Assembly: GCA_964653975.1 (NCBI GenBank)
Contig: CAZZIG010000129.1
Coordinates: 5,440-69,439 of the forward strand
Direction of reading: 5' to 3'
From: an uncultured Acidimicrobiaceae bacterium
Lineage (GTDB): Bacteria > Actinomycetota > Acidimicrobiia > Spongiisociales > ZC4RG35
DNA length: 64,000 bases
Positions 34,121-43,738 of the stretch are shown here, piece after piece (within the stretch, counting starts at the first letter, position 1; every line of letters begins with the position of its first letter). Under the pieces are notes generated by a model. The model saw only the letters and a program-made list of their open reading frames with translations, made no database searches and was not told the origin of the DNA. A program made the translations under genes and the position numbers.

Positions 34121-35855
34121 GAGTCTCCAACTCGGTGTCGGTCGTCTGCGGCGTCGATTCGGCAGCCGGCAGAACGAGACGGAAGACGCTCCATCCCGCC
34201 ACACGCTGGTAGGTGAGATCTCCGTCCATCAGATTCGAGAGATGTCGGGCCACACTCAAACCGATCCCGAGGGCTGCCGGCTGGGTCCCCACGGTCTGAT
34301 CCGCCCTGTAATAGGGCTCGAAGATCCGATCCTGTTCGGAGACCGGGACTCCAGGTCCGTTGTCGGCCACCTCGAGGAACGTCGCGCCATCGGCCTCCTG
34401 GAAACGAACCTCGATGCGGTCGCCGCCGTATCGGCCCGCGTTCGTGATCAGGTTGCGAATGATCTGACGCACCCGACCCGGGTCGCCGATGGCCGCATGC
34501 CGGGGCGCGCCGACGATCTCGACACGATCACGCACTTCGGCGTCGGCCGCCTCCAGCACCTGTGACAGCTGTGCCCGCAACGAGACCGGCACACGTGTGA
34601 TCGCGAGGAGATCGAGCTCAGAGCGGGCCGCAACGAGGAGATCGTCGATGATGGAAGAGAGGTCGGTCGCCTCAGCCGCCACGTTGGCGATCATCGAGCG
34701 CCGCTCCTCATCGCTGAGATCGTCCTGGTTCTCTCGGAGCAACTCGGCAAACCCGAGCACCCCGGTGAGTGGGGTGCGCAACTCGTGGCTCACCGAGGCC
34801 AGGAACTCGTCCTTGGCGCGGGTGAGGGCGATCAGCTGGACCAACTCGACCTGGGTCTCCTTCCTTCGTCTCAGCTGGTAGACGACAGTGGCCGCAAGCA
34901 GGGTCGTTGCCAAACCGGAGATGACGATGGCAACCAGGGTTTCCTGGGATCGCTCGAGGGGGAATGCCGAGCCCTCGGCCCTGGTGACGGCCAGCTCCCA
35001 CCAGTTGCTGCCCACGTCGATCGTGGTGTACCAGGCGTCGGTGGAGACAGGACGGGGCACCCGCCCGGTGCTGAGCACCTCGATGTCCCAATCGAGGTCG
35101 TAGGAGGCTGCTTCCCGCGCCGGTCGCTCCAGTAGCTCTGACCGGTCCATGGGGGCGACGGTGAATCCGATGACCTCACTCGTCTCCGGGTCGCTGACCG
35201 GCCAGTAGACCAAGAAGCCATCTCTCTCGTCTTCGGAGACGAGAGACAAGAACGTGGTCACGGCAGGTTGCTTCTCGGTGCGGGCACGCAACAGAGCTGA
35301 GTGGCGGCTCGGCTCAGTGGTCGAATCGAAACCGTGGGGCCGGTCGAAGGCGTCGCCCGGTTCGAACCACTGAACCGGCACATGGAATGGCCGCTCTCTC
35401 ACCGGGATTCGGGCACCGTCGTCATCGATCTCGAACACGTAGTAGCCCGGGATGGTCTCTCTAATCATCGTCTCGAATGCCGTCAGCTCCTCGGAGCGAA
35501 CGATGGGCATGTAGCCGATGCCTCCCATACCCGGGATCGGCCCGAAGCTGGCGACGAAGCGACGGAAGTCGGCCTGTGTCACCACATCACTGGCCTGGAA
35601 GAAGCTGCCGACACTGATCAGGCGCTCGATGACCTGATCGAGGACATCGTCGACCGAAGCGGCCAGTGCTTCGCCCTGTTCGATCAGCTCCTGGGCTGAT
35701 TCCTCCTGGTCGCGGTCGTGGACCCACCACGCCGAGGAGACGGTTATCACGAGGCCAATCAGGCCAACCACCAGCGCGGGCCGCCAGCGTCGTGCCGAAC
35801 CTGGGGCCGTTTCTGTGATGACGAGCCCGCCCTCGTCTCTACGGGAGAATGCCAC
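34110..35855 (-). CDS. CHASE-domain sensor histidine kinase
   Basis: TM, then a periplasmic CHASE-like domain (FRRFVASFGPIPGMGGIGYMPIV...HVPVQWFEP...), a second TM, FLASVSHELRTPLTGVLGF, IRNLITNAGRYGG, DNGPGV, GIGLSVARHL. Confidence 0.85.
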   Translation of the reverse strand: MAFSRRDEGGLVITETAPGSARRWRPALVVGLIGLVITVSSAWWVHDRDQEESAQELIEQGEALAASVDDVLDQVIERLISVGSFFQASDVVTQADFRRFVASFGPIPGMGGIGYMPIVRSEELTAFETMIRETIPGYYVFEIDDDGARIPVRERPFHVPVQWFEPGDAFDRPHGFDSTTEPSRHSALLRARTEKQPAVTTFLSLVSEDERDGFLVYWPVSDPETSEVIGFTVAPMDRSELLERPAREAASYDLDWDIEVLSTGRVPRPVSTDAWYTTIDVGSNWWELAVTRAEGSAFPLERSQETLVAIVISGLATTLLAATVVYQLRRRKETQVELVQLIALTRAKDEFLASVSHELRTPLTGVLGFAELLRENQDDLSDEERRSMIANVAAEATDLSSIIDDLLVAARSELDLLAITRVPVSLRAQLSQVLEAADAEVRDRVEIVGAPRHAAIGDPGRVRQIIRNLITNAGRYGGDRIEVRFQEADGATFLEVADNGPGVPVSEQDRIFEPYYRADQTVGTQPAALGIGLSVARHLSNLMDGDLTYQRVAGWSVFRLVLPAAESTPQTTDTELETLSR

Positions 35856-35940
35856 CCGGTCTTATCGGCGTTTCGACGTCCTCTCATGAGCGCGCACACC
35901 GAAAACACTTGGCGGTCGCGAATCGACCGTCTCATGGGAT

Positions 35941-37425
35941 TCAGGCCGAATTCTCCGCCGCCAATTGCTCCCAGGTGCACTCCTCCGGGCGCTTGTCGTC
36001 CCGGAAGCCCTGGAAAGAGGGTGCTCTCAGCCGACCCGCCGACGTCAGTTGACGGTGCTGGACCTTGGCCACGAGCTCGGGCATCACCCAATGGGCGCGC
36101 CTCAGCTCCGGTCGCGATCGGATGGCCTCGGAAGAGAAAGGAGGTCCGGTCTCCTCGAGTGCCTGCAGTCGGTCCATCGCATCCTGGAGCGAGCCGCGAT
36201 CGAACCCGGTTCCGACGTTGCCCACATAGCGCAACTCGTCGCCCTGGTATACGGCCATCACCAGCGAGCCCAGGGATCCCGCACGCCGCCCCTCACCTTC
36301 GGTCCAACCCACGATGACGACGTCGGCATCGAAGGTGACCTTCACCTTCAGCCAGTCGCGCGATCGTGAGCCGGGCTGGTAGCTCGACTCCCGTCGCTTG
36401 GCCATGATTCCTTCCAATCCCTGATCGGCCGCGGCATCGAACAGGGCCACGCCGTCTCCCTCGGTCACCGGTGACAACTGGACCGATTCGGATGGAACGA
36501 CCAGCTGTTCCAACACTCGACGGCGCTCCTCCCAGGGCCGACCCGTCAAGTCCTCCCCGTCCACGAAGAGGACGTCGAAGACGATGTAGGCCACCGGGAT
36601 CTCACGGGACATCTGCTCGACGCGACGCGGCTCACGCAGATGCATCCTCTGCTGGAGACGCTGAAACGACGGCACACCCTCGTCGAAGGCGACCACCTCG
36701 CCGTCGAGGATGGCGTCGTGGGCTACGACCTGGTTGTGCAGGCGGTGCAGTTCCGGATAGGCAACGGTTATGTCCTTGTCGTTCCGCGAGATGAGACGGG
36801 TGTCTTCCCCACACACCGCAACGGCGCGTATGCCGTCCCATTTCGGCTCGAACACCCAGTCGGGGTCGTCGAATGCCTCGCCGGTGAGAGTGGCGAGCAT
36901 CGGATCGATCGACGGCGGACCGTCGCCCTTCGGACGCAGATCCTCCGACATGAGCGCGAGCCATTGGTCCTTGCCGTCCTCGACTCCCGTGTGGACGAGA
37001 TGCCACACACCATGGAGACGGTCTCCATGGAGCCGAAATGTGATCCGGTCGTCGCTCCGGTCGACCATTTCGTAGGTTCCCCGATCGAAGATCCGCACCT
37101 CGCCTCCCCCATATTCGCCTGCGGGGATGGTCCCCGAGAAGGTGGCGTAGGCCATGGGATGGTCCTCGGTCCGGATGGCGAGATGGCGATCACCCCTGCG
37201 TCGTGGCAGCCCTTTCGGCACGGCCCAGGACACCAACACAGGTGTCGTCTCGTTGCTCATCTCGAGACGCAGGTCGTGATGGAGGGCGGTGGCGTGGTGC
37301 TGTTGAATGACGAAGCTCTCACCGACCGGGGCAGTCAGAGGGTCCACGTCGTCTGAGACGTGCTCCGCCGGTGGCTCCGGCGTGGAGCCCAACTCTCGCA
37401 TCTCGTCGTACCGGGAGGCACTCAT
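35941..37425 (-). CDS. ligD: ATP-dependent DNA ligase LigD-type: 3'-phosphoesterase domain + ligase domain (no polymerase domain)
   Basis: N-terminal PE domain FVIQQHHATALHHDLRLE...SWAVPKG...EDHP...YGGG. Ligase motif I FEPKWDGIR with downstream motifs; C-terminal OB fold. Confidence 0.85.
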   Translation of the reverse strand: MSASRYDEMRELGSTPEPPAEHVSDDVDPLTAPVGESFVIQQHHATALHHDLRLEMSNETTPVLVSWAVPKGLPRRRGDRHLAIRTEDHPMAYATFSGTIPAGEYGGGEVRIFDRGTYEMVDRSDDRITFRLHGDRLHGVWHLVHTGVEDGKDQWLALMSEDLRPKGDGPPSIDPMLATLTGEAFDDPDWVFEPKWDGIRAVAVCGEDTRLISRNDKDITVAYPELHRLHNQVVAHDAILDGEVVAFDEGVPSFQRLQQRMHLREPRRVEQMSREIPVAYIVFDVLFVDGEDLTGRPWEERRRVLEQLVVPSESVQLSPVTEGDGVALFDAAADQGLEGIMAKRRESSYQPGSRSRDWLKVKVTFDADVVIVGWTEGEGRRAGSLGSLVMAVYQGDELRYVGNVGTGFDRGSLQDAMDRLQALEETGPPFSSEAIRSRPELRRAHWVMPELVAKVQHRQLTSAGRLRAPSFQGFRDDKRPEECTWEQLAAENSA

Positions 37426-37596
37426 CGCTTCGATTCCATCGATGGCTGACTGTCCGTTGCGAAGGATACGTTCGCCAAACTCGGTCGACCCGAAGTGCCC
37501 GATCGCCGAGCGCGGGTGGGAGTCGATTCGCTAGGTTTCGCCGACCTACGTTTGGGAGGCGTGGCGCGGGCTGGTCGGCTCGACGAAGGAGACGAC

Positions 37597-39990
37597 ATGG
37601 AACGACCGAGGTCCCGAATCTCGAGGAGATTCGCCTGGCTGCTGGCTCTCGCCCTGGCGGCGTCGATGTTGGCGCCCGGAGCCGCCGCGCAGACCGACGA
37701 CGAGGCGCTCCAAGAAGACCCTGAGCCCTCTTCGCTCGTGGAGATACACATCACCGACCGAACAGAGCTCGATCGCCTGGTGGCCACTGGTGTCGACCTC
37801 ACCCCCGATCTCGACGAGACAGCCGACGGGTACACGATCACCGCCGTCCTCACCCCGAGCCAGGAAGCCGACCTGCTCGCACAGGGCTTCAGCGTTGGTG
37901 ACACCCTGCAAACCCAGGAGGACGTGGACGCTCTGCGCGCAGAGAGAGCCCGAGCCCTGCAATCGAAGAGCAGCTCGACCTTCCAGACGCTGGCAGAGTC
38001 CGAGACCGGTGCCTTGAAGGTGTTGCGCGCCGACTACTTCCAGGGTGCAGACGGCGAGTTTCTCTCGGTGGAGGCCAAGTCCGTGGCCGGGGACGACGAC
38101 ACGATCACCGTGGCCTGGGATGCCGGGCCCGGCACCGCCATCGGTGACGGTGGGTCCATCAACCTCTTCGACTTCGTCGACGCCGGCGTCTACCTCTACC
38201 ACCGACTGCAGTTCTCGGTCGACACCCGCCCCGAGCTGATTGAGGTGTCGAGTAGCGACACGGGAGAGTCGGTGACCCTGGGCGTGGTCGAGTGGCTGCC
38301 GCTCGACCAACCCGGCAATCAGGGAGGGAACTCCCCTTACCTCAGCGACTTCGTCGACCGTTACATGGATCCCACCGAGGTGACCGAACGGATCGAGCAA
38401 CTGGCAGCGGAGTTCCCCGACCTGGCCGAGGTCATCGAACTGCCCTACCAGACCAACGGCTACCGGCGTCACGCCCAGGCGGTCATCGGAACGGTGGCTT
38501 CGAACGCTGTCGTGGTCACCTCGCTGGCCTGGGGTCACGAGGGCGGCAACGACCTGAGCATCGAGTTCGTCGATCCGGGAGCCGCCGACCAACCCCTGAC
38601 GGTCTCGGTGGCCGGCAACGACATCGTGCTCACCAGTGCCACCGATGCCACCGGAGCCCGAACCACCACGGCGGCGCAGGCGGTGGCGGCCATCAATGCC
38701 GGGGCCGGCGATCTGGTCTACGCCCACACCTATCGAGGCAGCTCCGGCGGCGGTGTCATCGTCCCGGAGTTCGAAGAGCTCACCGATTCGCTCGGCGCGC
38801 CCGCACACGTGTCGAGGGAGCCCTGGACCGTCAAGGCACTCCGGATCGGCGCTGACCGGGACGGATCCCGCATGGGTGTCCTGGCATACGCCCAGGAGCA
38901 CGCTCGTGAGTGGGTGACACCTCTGGTGATGGTGGAGACGGCCGAACGTCTGCTGCGCAACTACGCACACGACGGTGAGACCAGACAGTTGGTGAACAAC
39001 CTGGACATCTTCATCGTCCCGACCGTGAACCCGGATGGAGGCCACTACAGCTTCTACGACTTCAACTTCCAGCGGAAGACAATGCTCAACCACTGCGACG
39101 ACAACCTGTCGGATCCGGCTCTTCGCAACCTCTGGGGTGTGGACGCGAACCGCAACTACGGAGTGGGGTCGTTGTTCGATGGGTACACCGGAGCCTCGAC
39201 GTTCTGTGTGAGCGAGGTGTTCGCCGGGCCGAGTGAGCTCTCCGAACCGGAGAGCCGCAACGTGACCTGGCTGGCCGACACCTACACGAACATCGAGTTC
39301 GCCATGAACACACACAGCTTCGGCAACTACTTCATGTGGTCACCTGGTTCCTACGCGTTGCCGGGTCGGGTGACACTGCCCCGGCCCGACTTCGGAGACG
39401 AGGCGTTCTTCTGGGCGGCGTCCCAGGAGATCCTCACGGCGATCAAGGAGCACCGCGGCACGGTGGTCACACCGGCCCGGACCGGTCCCATTGCCGACGT
39501 CCTCTACTCGGCGGCGGGCAACTCCGGCGACCATCTGTGGTACGACAACGGGATCTTCGCCTGGAACTTCGAGGTCGGCGACGCCGGGTTCCAACCGCCG
39601 TTCGACGACGAGGGCCACGAACAGGCGCTCGAGTTCTCCAACGGCCTGATGGAGTTGTTCCGGGTCGCGTACCAGTTCGACAACGACAACCAACGGCCCA
39701 CCAGCACACTGGTTCCGGGCCAGGGTCGCTATGACGGTCCGGTCGAGATGGTGTTCGAAGCCAGCGAGCCGGTCACCATCTTCTACACCCTCGACGGAAG
39801 CGCACCCACCACCTCATCACCGATGATCCAGTCGGCGGGGGTCAGGGAAGGAGCGCAGTCGATAACCATCTTCGAAACGACCACGGTCCATTGGTTCGCC
39901 GTCGATGCGGCCGGCAACGTCGAGAAGAACTACGACCCGACCGGCAACGCCAACAACTACAACAAGGCGAGGGTGACGATCACCGGCTGA
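37597..39990 (+). CDS. Secreted M14 family zinc carboxypeptidase with a C-terminal Ig/FN3-like domain
   Basis: In-frame part of ORF 37495..39990. ATG 37597 after GAAGGAG. Signal peptide MERPRSRISRRFAWLLALALAASMLAPGAAAQ. QEHAREWVTP (HxxE zinc site), IVPTVNPDGG, WGVDANRNY. C-terminal VTIFYTLDGSAPTTSS. Confidence 0.85.
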   Translation: MERPRSRISRRFAWLLALALAASMLAPGAAAQTDDEALQEDPEPSSLVEIHITDRTELDRLVATGVDLTPDLDETADGYTITAVLTPSQEADLLAQGFSVGDTLQTQEDVDALRAERARALQSKSSSTFQTLAESETGALKVLRADYFQGADGEFLSVEAKSVAGDDDTITVAWDAGPGTAIGDGGSINLFDFVDAGVYLYHRLQFSVDTRPELIEVSSSDTGESVTLGVVEWLPLDQPGNQGGNSPYLSDFVDRYMDPTEVTERIEQLAAEFPDLAEVIELPYQTNGYRRHAQAVIGTVASNAVVVTSLAWGHEGGNDLSIEFVDPGAADQPLTVSVAGNDIVLTSATDATGARTTTAAQAVAAINAGAGDLVYAHTYRGSSGGGVIVPEFEELTDSLGAPAHVSREPWTVKALRIGADRDGSRMGVLAYAQEHAREWVTPLVMVETAERLLRNYAHDGETRQLVNNLDIFIVPTVNPDGGHYSFYDFNFQRKTMLNHCDDNLSDPALRNLWGVDANRNYGVGSLFDGYTGASTFCVSEVFAGPSELSEPESRNVTWLADTYTNIEFAMNTHSFGNYFMWSPGSYALPGRVTLPRPDFGDEAFFWAASQEILTAIKEHRGTVVTPARTGPIADVLYSAAGNSGDHLWYDNGIFAWNFEVGDAGFQPPFDDEGHEQALEFSNGLMELFRVAYQFDNDNQRPTSTLVPGQGRYDGPVEMVFEASEPVTIFYTLDGSAPTTSSPMIQSAGVREGAQSITIFETTTVHWFAVDAAGNVEKNYDPTGNANNYNKARVTITG

Positions 39991-40010
39991 TCGCCCGGAC
40001 TCGCCGTGAA

Positions 40011-40050
40011 CCAGGTCATGCCGGCCCGAGGCCGGGTCGGCATGACCTGG
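40011..40050 (+). terminator. Hairpin downstream of the carboxypeptidase gene (terminator-like, no U-tract)
   Basis: CCAGGTCATGCC (40011-40022) pairs with GGCATGACCTGG (40039-40050). A GGCC/GGCC extension lies inside the loop. Confidence 0.45.
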
Positions 40051-40097
40051 GCAACTCGGGGCGGCGTGGCGCGGGGAATCCCTTGTAGGATTGGTGG

Positions 40098-40961
40098 GTG
40101 AGAGCGGTGTCCTTGCTGGTTGCCCTCATCGTGGTGGGCGGCTGCTCTTCGGGGATCTCCGACCCGGCAACGACGAGCACCCGGAACGACTCTGAGGTGC
40201 CCACGTCTGTCCCGACCACGTCGACATCGACTCCGGGCACGTCGACCATCACCCCGGTCACCACCTCGACCACCGTCCCGACCACCACGAGCACACGGAC
40301 TACCTCCCTGGCCGGGGCGACGATCGTCATTGACCCGGGTCACAACGGCATGAATTGGGCGCACCCCGACGAAATCGGTCGGCTCGTCGACATCGGGAAT
40401 GGGACCAAGCCGTGCAACACCACCGGGACGTCGACCCTCGACGGTTACACCGAGGCCGAATTCAACTGGGCCGTGGCAGAGAAACTGGTTTCGCTCCTCG
40501 AGGTGGCAGGGGCGGATGTGATCCTGACCCGGACCGACAATCGGGGATGGGGACCCTGCATCACAGAACGGGCCGCCACCGGGAATCGGCACTCTGCGGA
40601 CGCGGTCGTCTCGATACACGCCGACGGCGGGCCGGAGGACGGGAGAGGGTTTCACGTGATCTACCCCGCAACCGTCGCTGGCCTCACAGATGACATCGCT
40701 GACGAGTCGCGTCGTCTGGCCGAGGAGTTGCATTCCTCATATCGGACGACCGGGATGCCACCGGCCGACTACATCGGAGAAGGCGGTCTCTCGGAGCGAG
40801 ACGATCTCGGTGGTCTCAACCTCTCCGACGTCCCTGTGGTCTTTCTGGAAGCAGGGAACATGCGACACCCGGGCGACGCGGCCCTGCTGGTCGACGACGA
40901 GTTTCAGTCCGCCGTGGCGGGAGCCGTCGTCGACGCCGTGACCGCGTTCCTCGGTGACTGA
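40098..40961 (+). CDS. N-acetylmuramoyl-L-alanine amidase (Amidase_3) lipoprotein with a Thr/Ser/Pro-rich linker
   Basis: Lipobox LVALIVVGGC. Linker TSTSTPGTSTITPVTTSTTVPTTTST. Catalytic domain VIDPGHNG...EAEFNW...SIHADGG...LEAGNM. Confidence 0.85.
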   Translation: MRAVSLLVALIVVGGCSSGISDPATTSTRNDSEVPTSVPTTSTSTPGTSTITPVTTSTTVPTTTSTRTTSLAGATIVIDPGHNGMNWAHPDEIGRLVDIGNGTKPCNTTGTSTLDGYTEAEFNWAVAEKLVSLLEVAGADVILTRTDNRGWGPCITERAATGNRHSADAVVSIHADGGPEDGRGFHVIYPATVAGLTDDIADESRRLAEELHSSYRTTGMPPADYIGEGGLSERDDLGGLNLSDVPVVFLEAGNMRHPGDAALLVDDEFQSAVAGAVVDAVTAFLGD

Positions 40962-40997
40962 AGGCAGCCGTGACCACCGCCAACTGGATGTGTCGAT

Positions 40998-42182
40998 CTA
41001 TGTCGTCACCACGGTTGTCTCCGGCGCCAGGTCGGTGCGGCAGGTGGCGTGGAGGAAACAGGTCCGCTCCCCCATGTCGAGGGTCTTCCGGGCGAACTCC
41101 TCACCTTCGGGCGTGACCAGATAGACATGAGTCTCGACAGGGGCAGCCTGTCCCGGACTGCCCGGGTGGAGGGAAGAGAAATGGGTGTCCTGGACGATGA
41201 GGTAATCGTCGAGTCGCTTCTTGGTGATCGTTGCGTAACGACCGAACTGGGTCATGAAACAAAAGCCGATCCCTGCTGCCAGATAGGTGGCGGCGTCCGG
41301 CGCAAGCCCCCTTCCCCCTGCCTCCGGGGCCTCGTCGGAGAGAAACCGGAACTCGGAGCCGATCGGACGAAACAGATTCTCCTGGATGACCTTGACCCCG
41401 TCGTCACGGATGGTGCATCGGGCCTGAACGTGCAGGGTCCGGCTCTGTGATTCCTGGAGGCTCGAGTCGACTCCTCCGGGCACCCCCTCCACCTGTTCGG
41501 CCGGCTTGGTCTTCACCATCAGATCTTCGGCCACTGGGACACCAGCGATCTCTATCTCGTCGAACCCTCCCGAAGGGTCGGGCTCAGGGTCCCTGTCGAG
41601 GGCGGCCACCTCCCCCACCGGTATCTGGGCTCCGTTCCAGCTCAAGGTGAACAGGCTGTGGTTCTCCCCACTCAGCAGACCGTTGACCGGGGAGGCGATC
41701 ACGGCGTCCTGCACCAGGCCGATCAGCTCGGCCTCGTCGGCGTCGGCGCTGGTCTCGACTTCCAGCTCAGGGGTCATCGCGCCGCCCAGCATCGTCCCTC
41801 TCAGTGCGGAACCTTCCATGCTGTAGTGATTGCTGAGAGTCAGGGCCAGTCCGTCGAGGTCGAGCCCGCGATCGCGGGCGAGGCCGGTGACCGTATTCGC
41901 GTAGGCGGCCACCATCCCGGTCACGAAGGTGCACAACGGACATGGTGCCTGGTCGTGACCGGCCAGGTACGGGCCTTCGTCGCTGACGAGACGCCAGGTG
42001 CGCCCTGTGGCCCCGTTGGCCACCAGGGCCTCCTTCTGCATACCGGCGAGGGCCCGAACCCACGTCCGCACACCGACCCCGAGTCGGTCGGGAGGGGGCT
42101 CCAAGCCGATCTCGGCTGCGTTGGCAACGGGGAAGAAGGGAGGTCGAGGGTCCGGTCCGAGGAGATCTGCAGTTTGGTTCAT
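40998..42182 (-). CDS. Tandem OsmC/Ohr-like domain protein
   Basis: ORF 40998..42278(-). Start taken at ATG 42182 (MNQTADLL). Two halves each carry an OsmC-like A-P-x-P-x-x-x-[LF] segment around a Cys (APCPLCTFVTGMVAAY; APDAATYLAAGIGFCFMTQFG). Confidence 0.5.
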   Translation of the reverse strand: MNQTADLLGPDPRPPFFPVANAAEIGLEPPPDRLGVGVRTWVRALAGMQKEALVANGATGRTWRLVSDEGPYLAGHDQAPCPLCTFVTGMVAAYANTVTGLARDRGLDLDGLALTLSNHYSMEGSALRGTMLGGAMTPELEVETSADADEAELIGLVQDAVIASPVNGLLSGENHSLFTLSWNGAQIPVGEVAALDRDPEPDPSGGFDEIEIAGVPVAEDLMVKTKPAEQVEGVPGGVDSSLQESQSRTLHVQARCTIRDDGVKVIQENLFRPIGSEFRFLSDEAPEAGGRGLAPDAATYLAAGIGFCFMTQFGRYATITKKRLDDYLIVQDTHFSSLHPGSPGQAAPVETHVYLVTPEGEEFARKTLDMGERTCFLHATCRTDLAPETTVVTT

Positions 42183-42264
42183 CGTCGCCCAGTCAAGCCG
42201 AAAGTCGGCACGTACACACCGGTTCCTCCGATGGCCCCACGCAGACGAGAGGTGGGCCACGGAT

Positions 42265-43164
42265 ATGGTTCGGTGCATGAGGGACTACGGCAGGACGTTG
42301 GAGTTCGGCATCTCGCTGACCCCGAATGCGGCCGATCTGGAAACGATCGTGACTTCCGCCAGAGTCGCCGACGAGAGCCTCGACCTCCTCGGCGCACAGG
42401 ACCACCCCTACCAGCGCCGTTTTCTCGACACCAGCGTGCTTCTCACCTGGTTGGCTGCCGAGACATCGCGGCTCCGTCTCTTCCACGACGTGGCATGTCT
42501 CCCTTTGCGACCGCCCGCCATGCTCGCAAACGAGGCGGCCGCGATCGACATCGTCAGCGGGGGGCGGTTCGAGCTCGGTCTCGGAGCGGGGGCCTTCTGG
42601 GACGCAATCGAAGGCATGGGCGGGCCGCGCCGATCTGCCGGAGAGTCGTTGGAAGCCCTGGAGGAGGCGGTCTCGGTGCTACGCCTCATGTGGAGTGGCG
42701 AGCGCGGGCTCCGGCACGAAGGTAGCCACTACACCATCAGGGGGATCCATTCCGGCCCCCTACCCGTGCACGACATCGAGATCTGGTTCGGGGTCTACGG
42801 GCCCCGGGCCTGCGAGCTTCTCGGCCGTGTGGCCGACGGGTGGATCCCCTCTCTCGGCCGAAGCAGCCTGGCAGAGCTCGCTGAGCGCCATGGGATCATC
42901 GACGAGGCGGCCCGCAGCGTGGGGCGCGATCCTGCCGAGATACGACGGATGCTGAACATCGGTGGGCACATCACCGACGGTGCCAGTGAAGGACAGCTGG
43001 TCGGGCCTGCCGGCCAATGGGTCGAGGAGATCTCGGCCATGGTGCTCGAATACGGTTTCGAGACCTTCATCTTCTGGCCCGAGGACGACCCCGTCGACCA
43101 GATCAGACGGTTCTCCGGACTGGTGCCGGAAGTGCGCGCCCGGGTGAGCCGGGAGCGAGGTTGA
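42265..43164 (+). CDS. LLM-class flavin/F420-dependent oxidoreductase
   Basis: In-frame part of ORF 41998..43164. LEFGISLTP...LDLLGAQDHPYQ...SGGRFELGLGAGAFW... Start ATG 42265 or 42277. Confidence 0.8.
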   Translation: MVRCMRDYGRTLEFGISLTPNAADLETIVTSARVADESLDLLGAQDHPYQRRFLDTSVLLTWLAAETSRLRLFHDVACLPLRPPAMLANEAAAIDIVSGGRFELGLGAGAFWDAIEGMGGPRRSAGESLEALEEAVSVLRLMWSGERGLRHEGSHYTIRGIHSGPLPVHDIEIWFGVYGPRACELLGRVADGWIPSLGRSSLAELAERHGIIDEAARSVGRDPAEIRRMLNIGGHITDGASEGQLVGPAGQWVEEISAMVLEYGFETFIFWPEDDPVDQIRRFSGLVPEVRARVSRERG

Positions 43165-43673
43165 GCACCGGTCAGCCCCCGAACTCGGGGACGGCCACAT
43201 TCGATCCCCTCGGCCGTTACCGATATCGACTCACCAGAGCCTGGGACCGAACGGGCCCGGCGATCACCTGGATCATGCTCAACCCGTCGACAGCAGACGA
43301 GGCGGCCGACGACCCGACGATCAGACGTGTCATCGGATTCTCCCGGGCCTGGGGATTCGGAAGACTCGTCGTCGTGAATCTCTTCGCCCTCAGGGCGACC
43401 CGACCCCATGGTCTGTCCGATTCGCCTGCGCCGGTGGGACCCGGCAACGACGACGCCATCTCGGAGGCGATGTCGGCGGCCGATCTGCTGTTGGTTGCCT
43501 GGGGCAACCACGGAGTGATCTCGAACCCTGGCACCGGTGTGCGTCGTGATCAGGAGGTGCTCGATGCATTGGCGGGTGCTTCGAAGGCGATCAAATGCCT
43601 GGGGACGACCAACGAGGGCCAGCCCCGCCACCCCCTCGGCCTGCCTGCCCTGTCGGCGCCGGTGGTCTTCTGA
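43161..43673 (+). CDS. DUF1643 domain protein
   Basis: In-frame part of ORF 43017..43673. TTG 43161 overlaps the upstream stop (TTGA) after GGGAGCGAGG. RYRYRLTRAWD...ITWIMLNPSTADEAADDPTIRRVIGFSRAWGFGRLVVVNLFALRAT. Confidence 0.75.
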   Translation: MSTGQPPNSGTATFDPLGRYRYRLTRAWDRTGPAITWIMLNPSTADEAADDPTIRRVIGFSRAWGFGRLVVVNLFALRATRPHGLSDSPAPVGPGNDDAISEAMSAADLLLVAWGNHGVISNPGTGVRRDQEVLDALAGASKAIKCLGTTNEGQPRHPLGLPALSAPVVF

Positions 43674-43738
43674 CCGAGGGCTCGCCCGACCGGTCACCGG
43701 CCACGGGCCAACACCGGCAGCGCGGTAGCCTGTGATCG

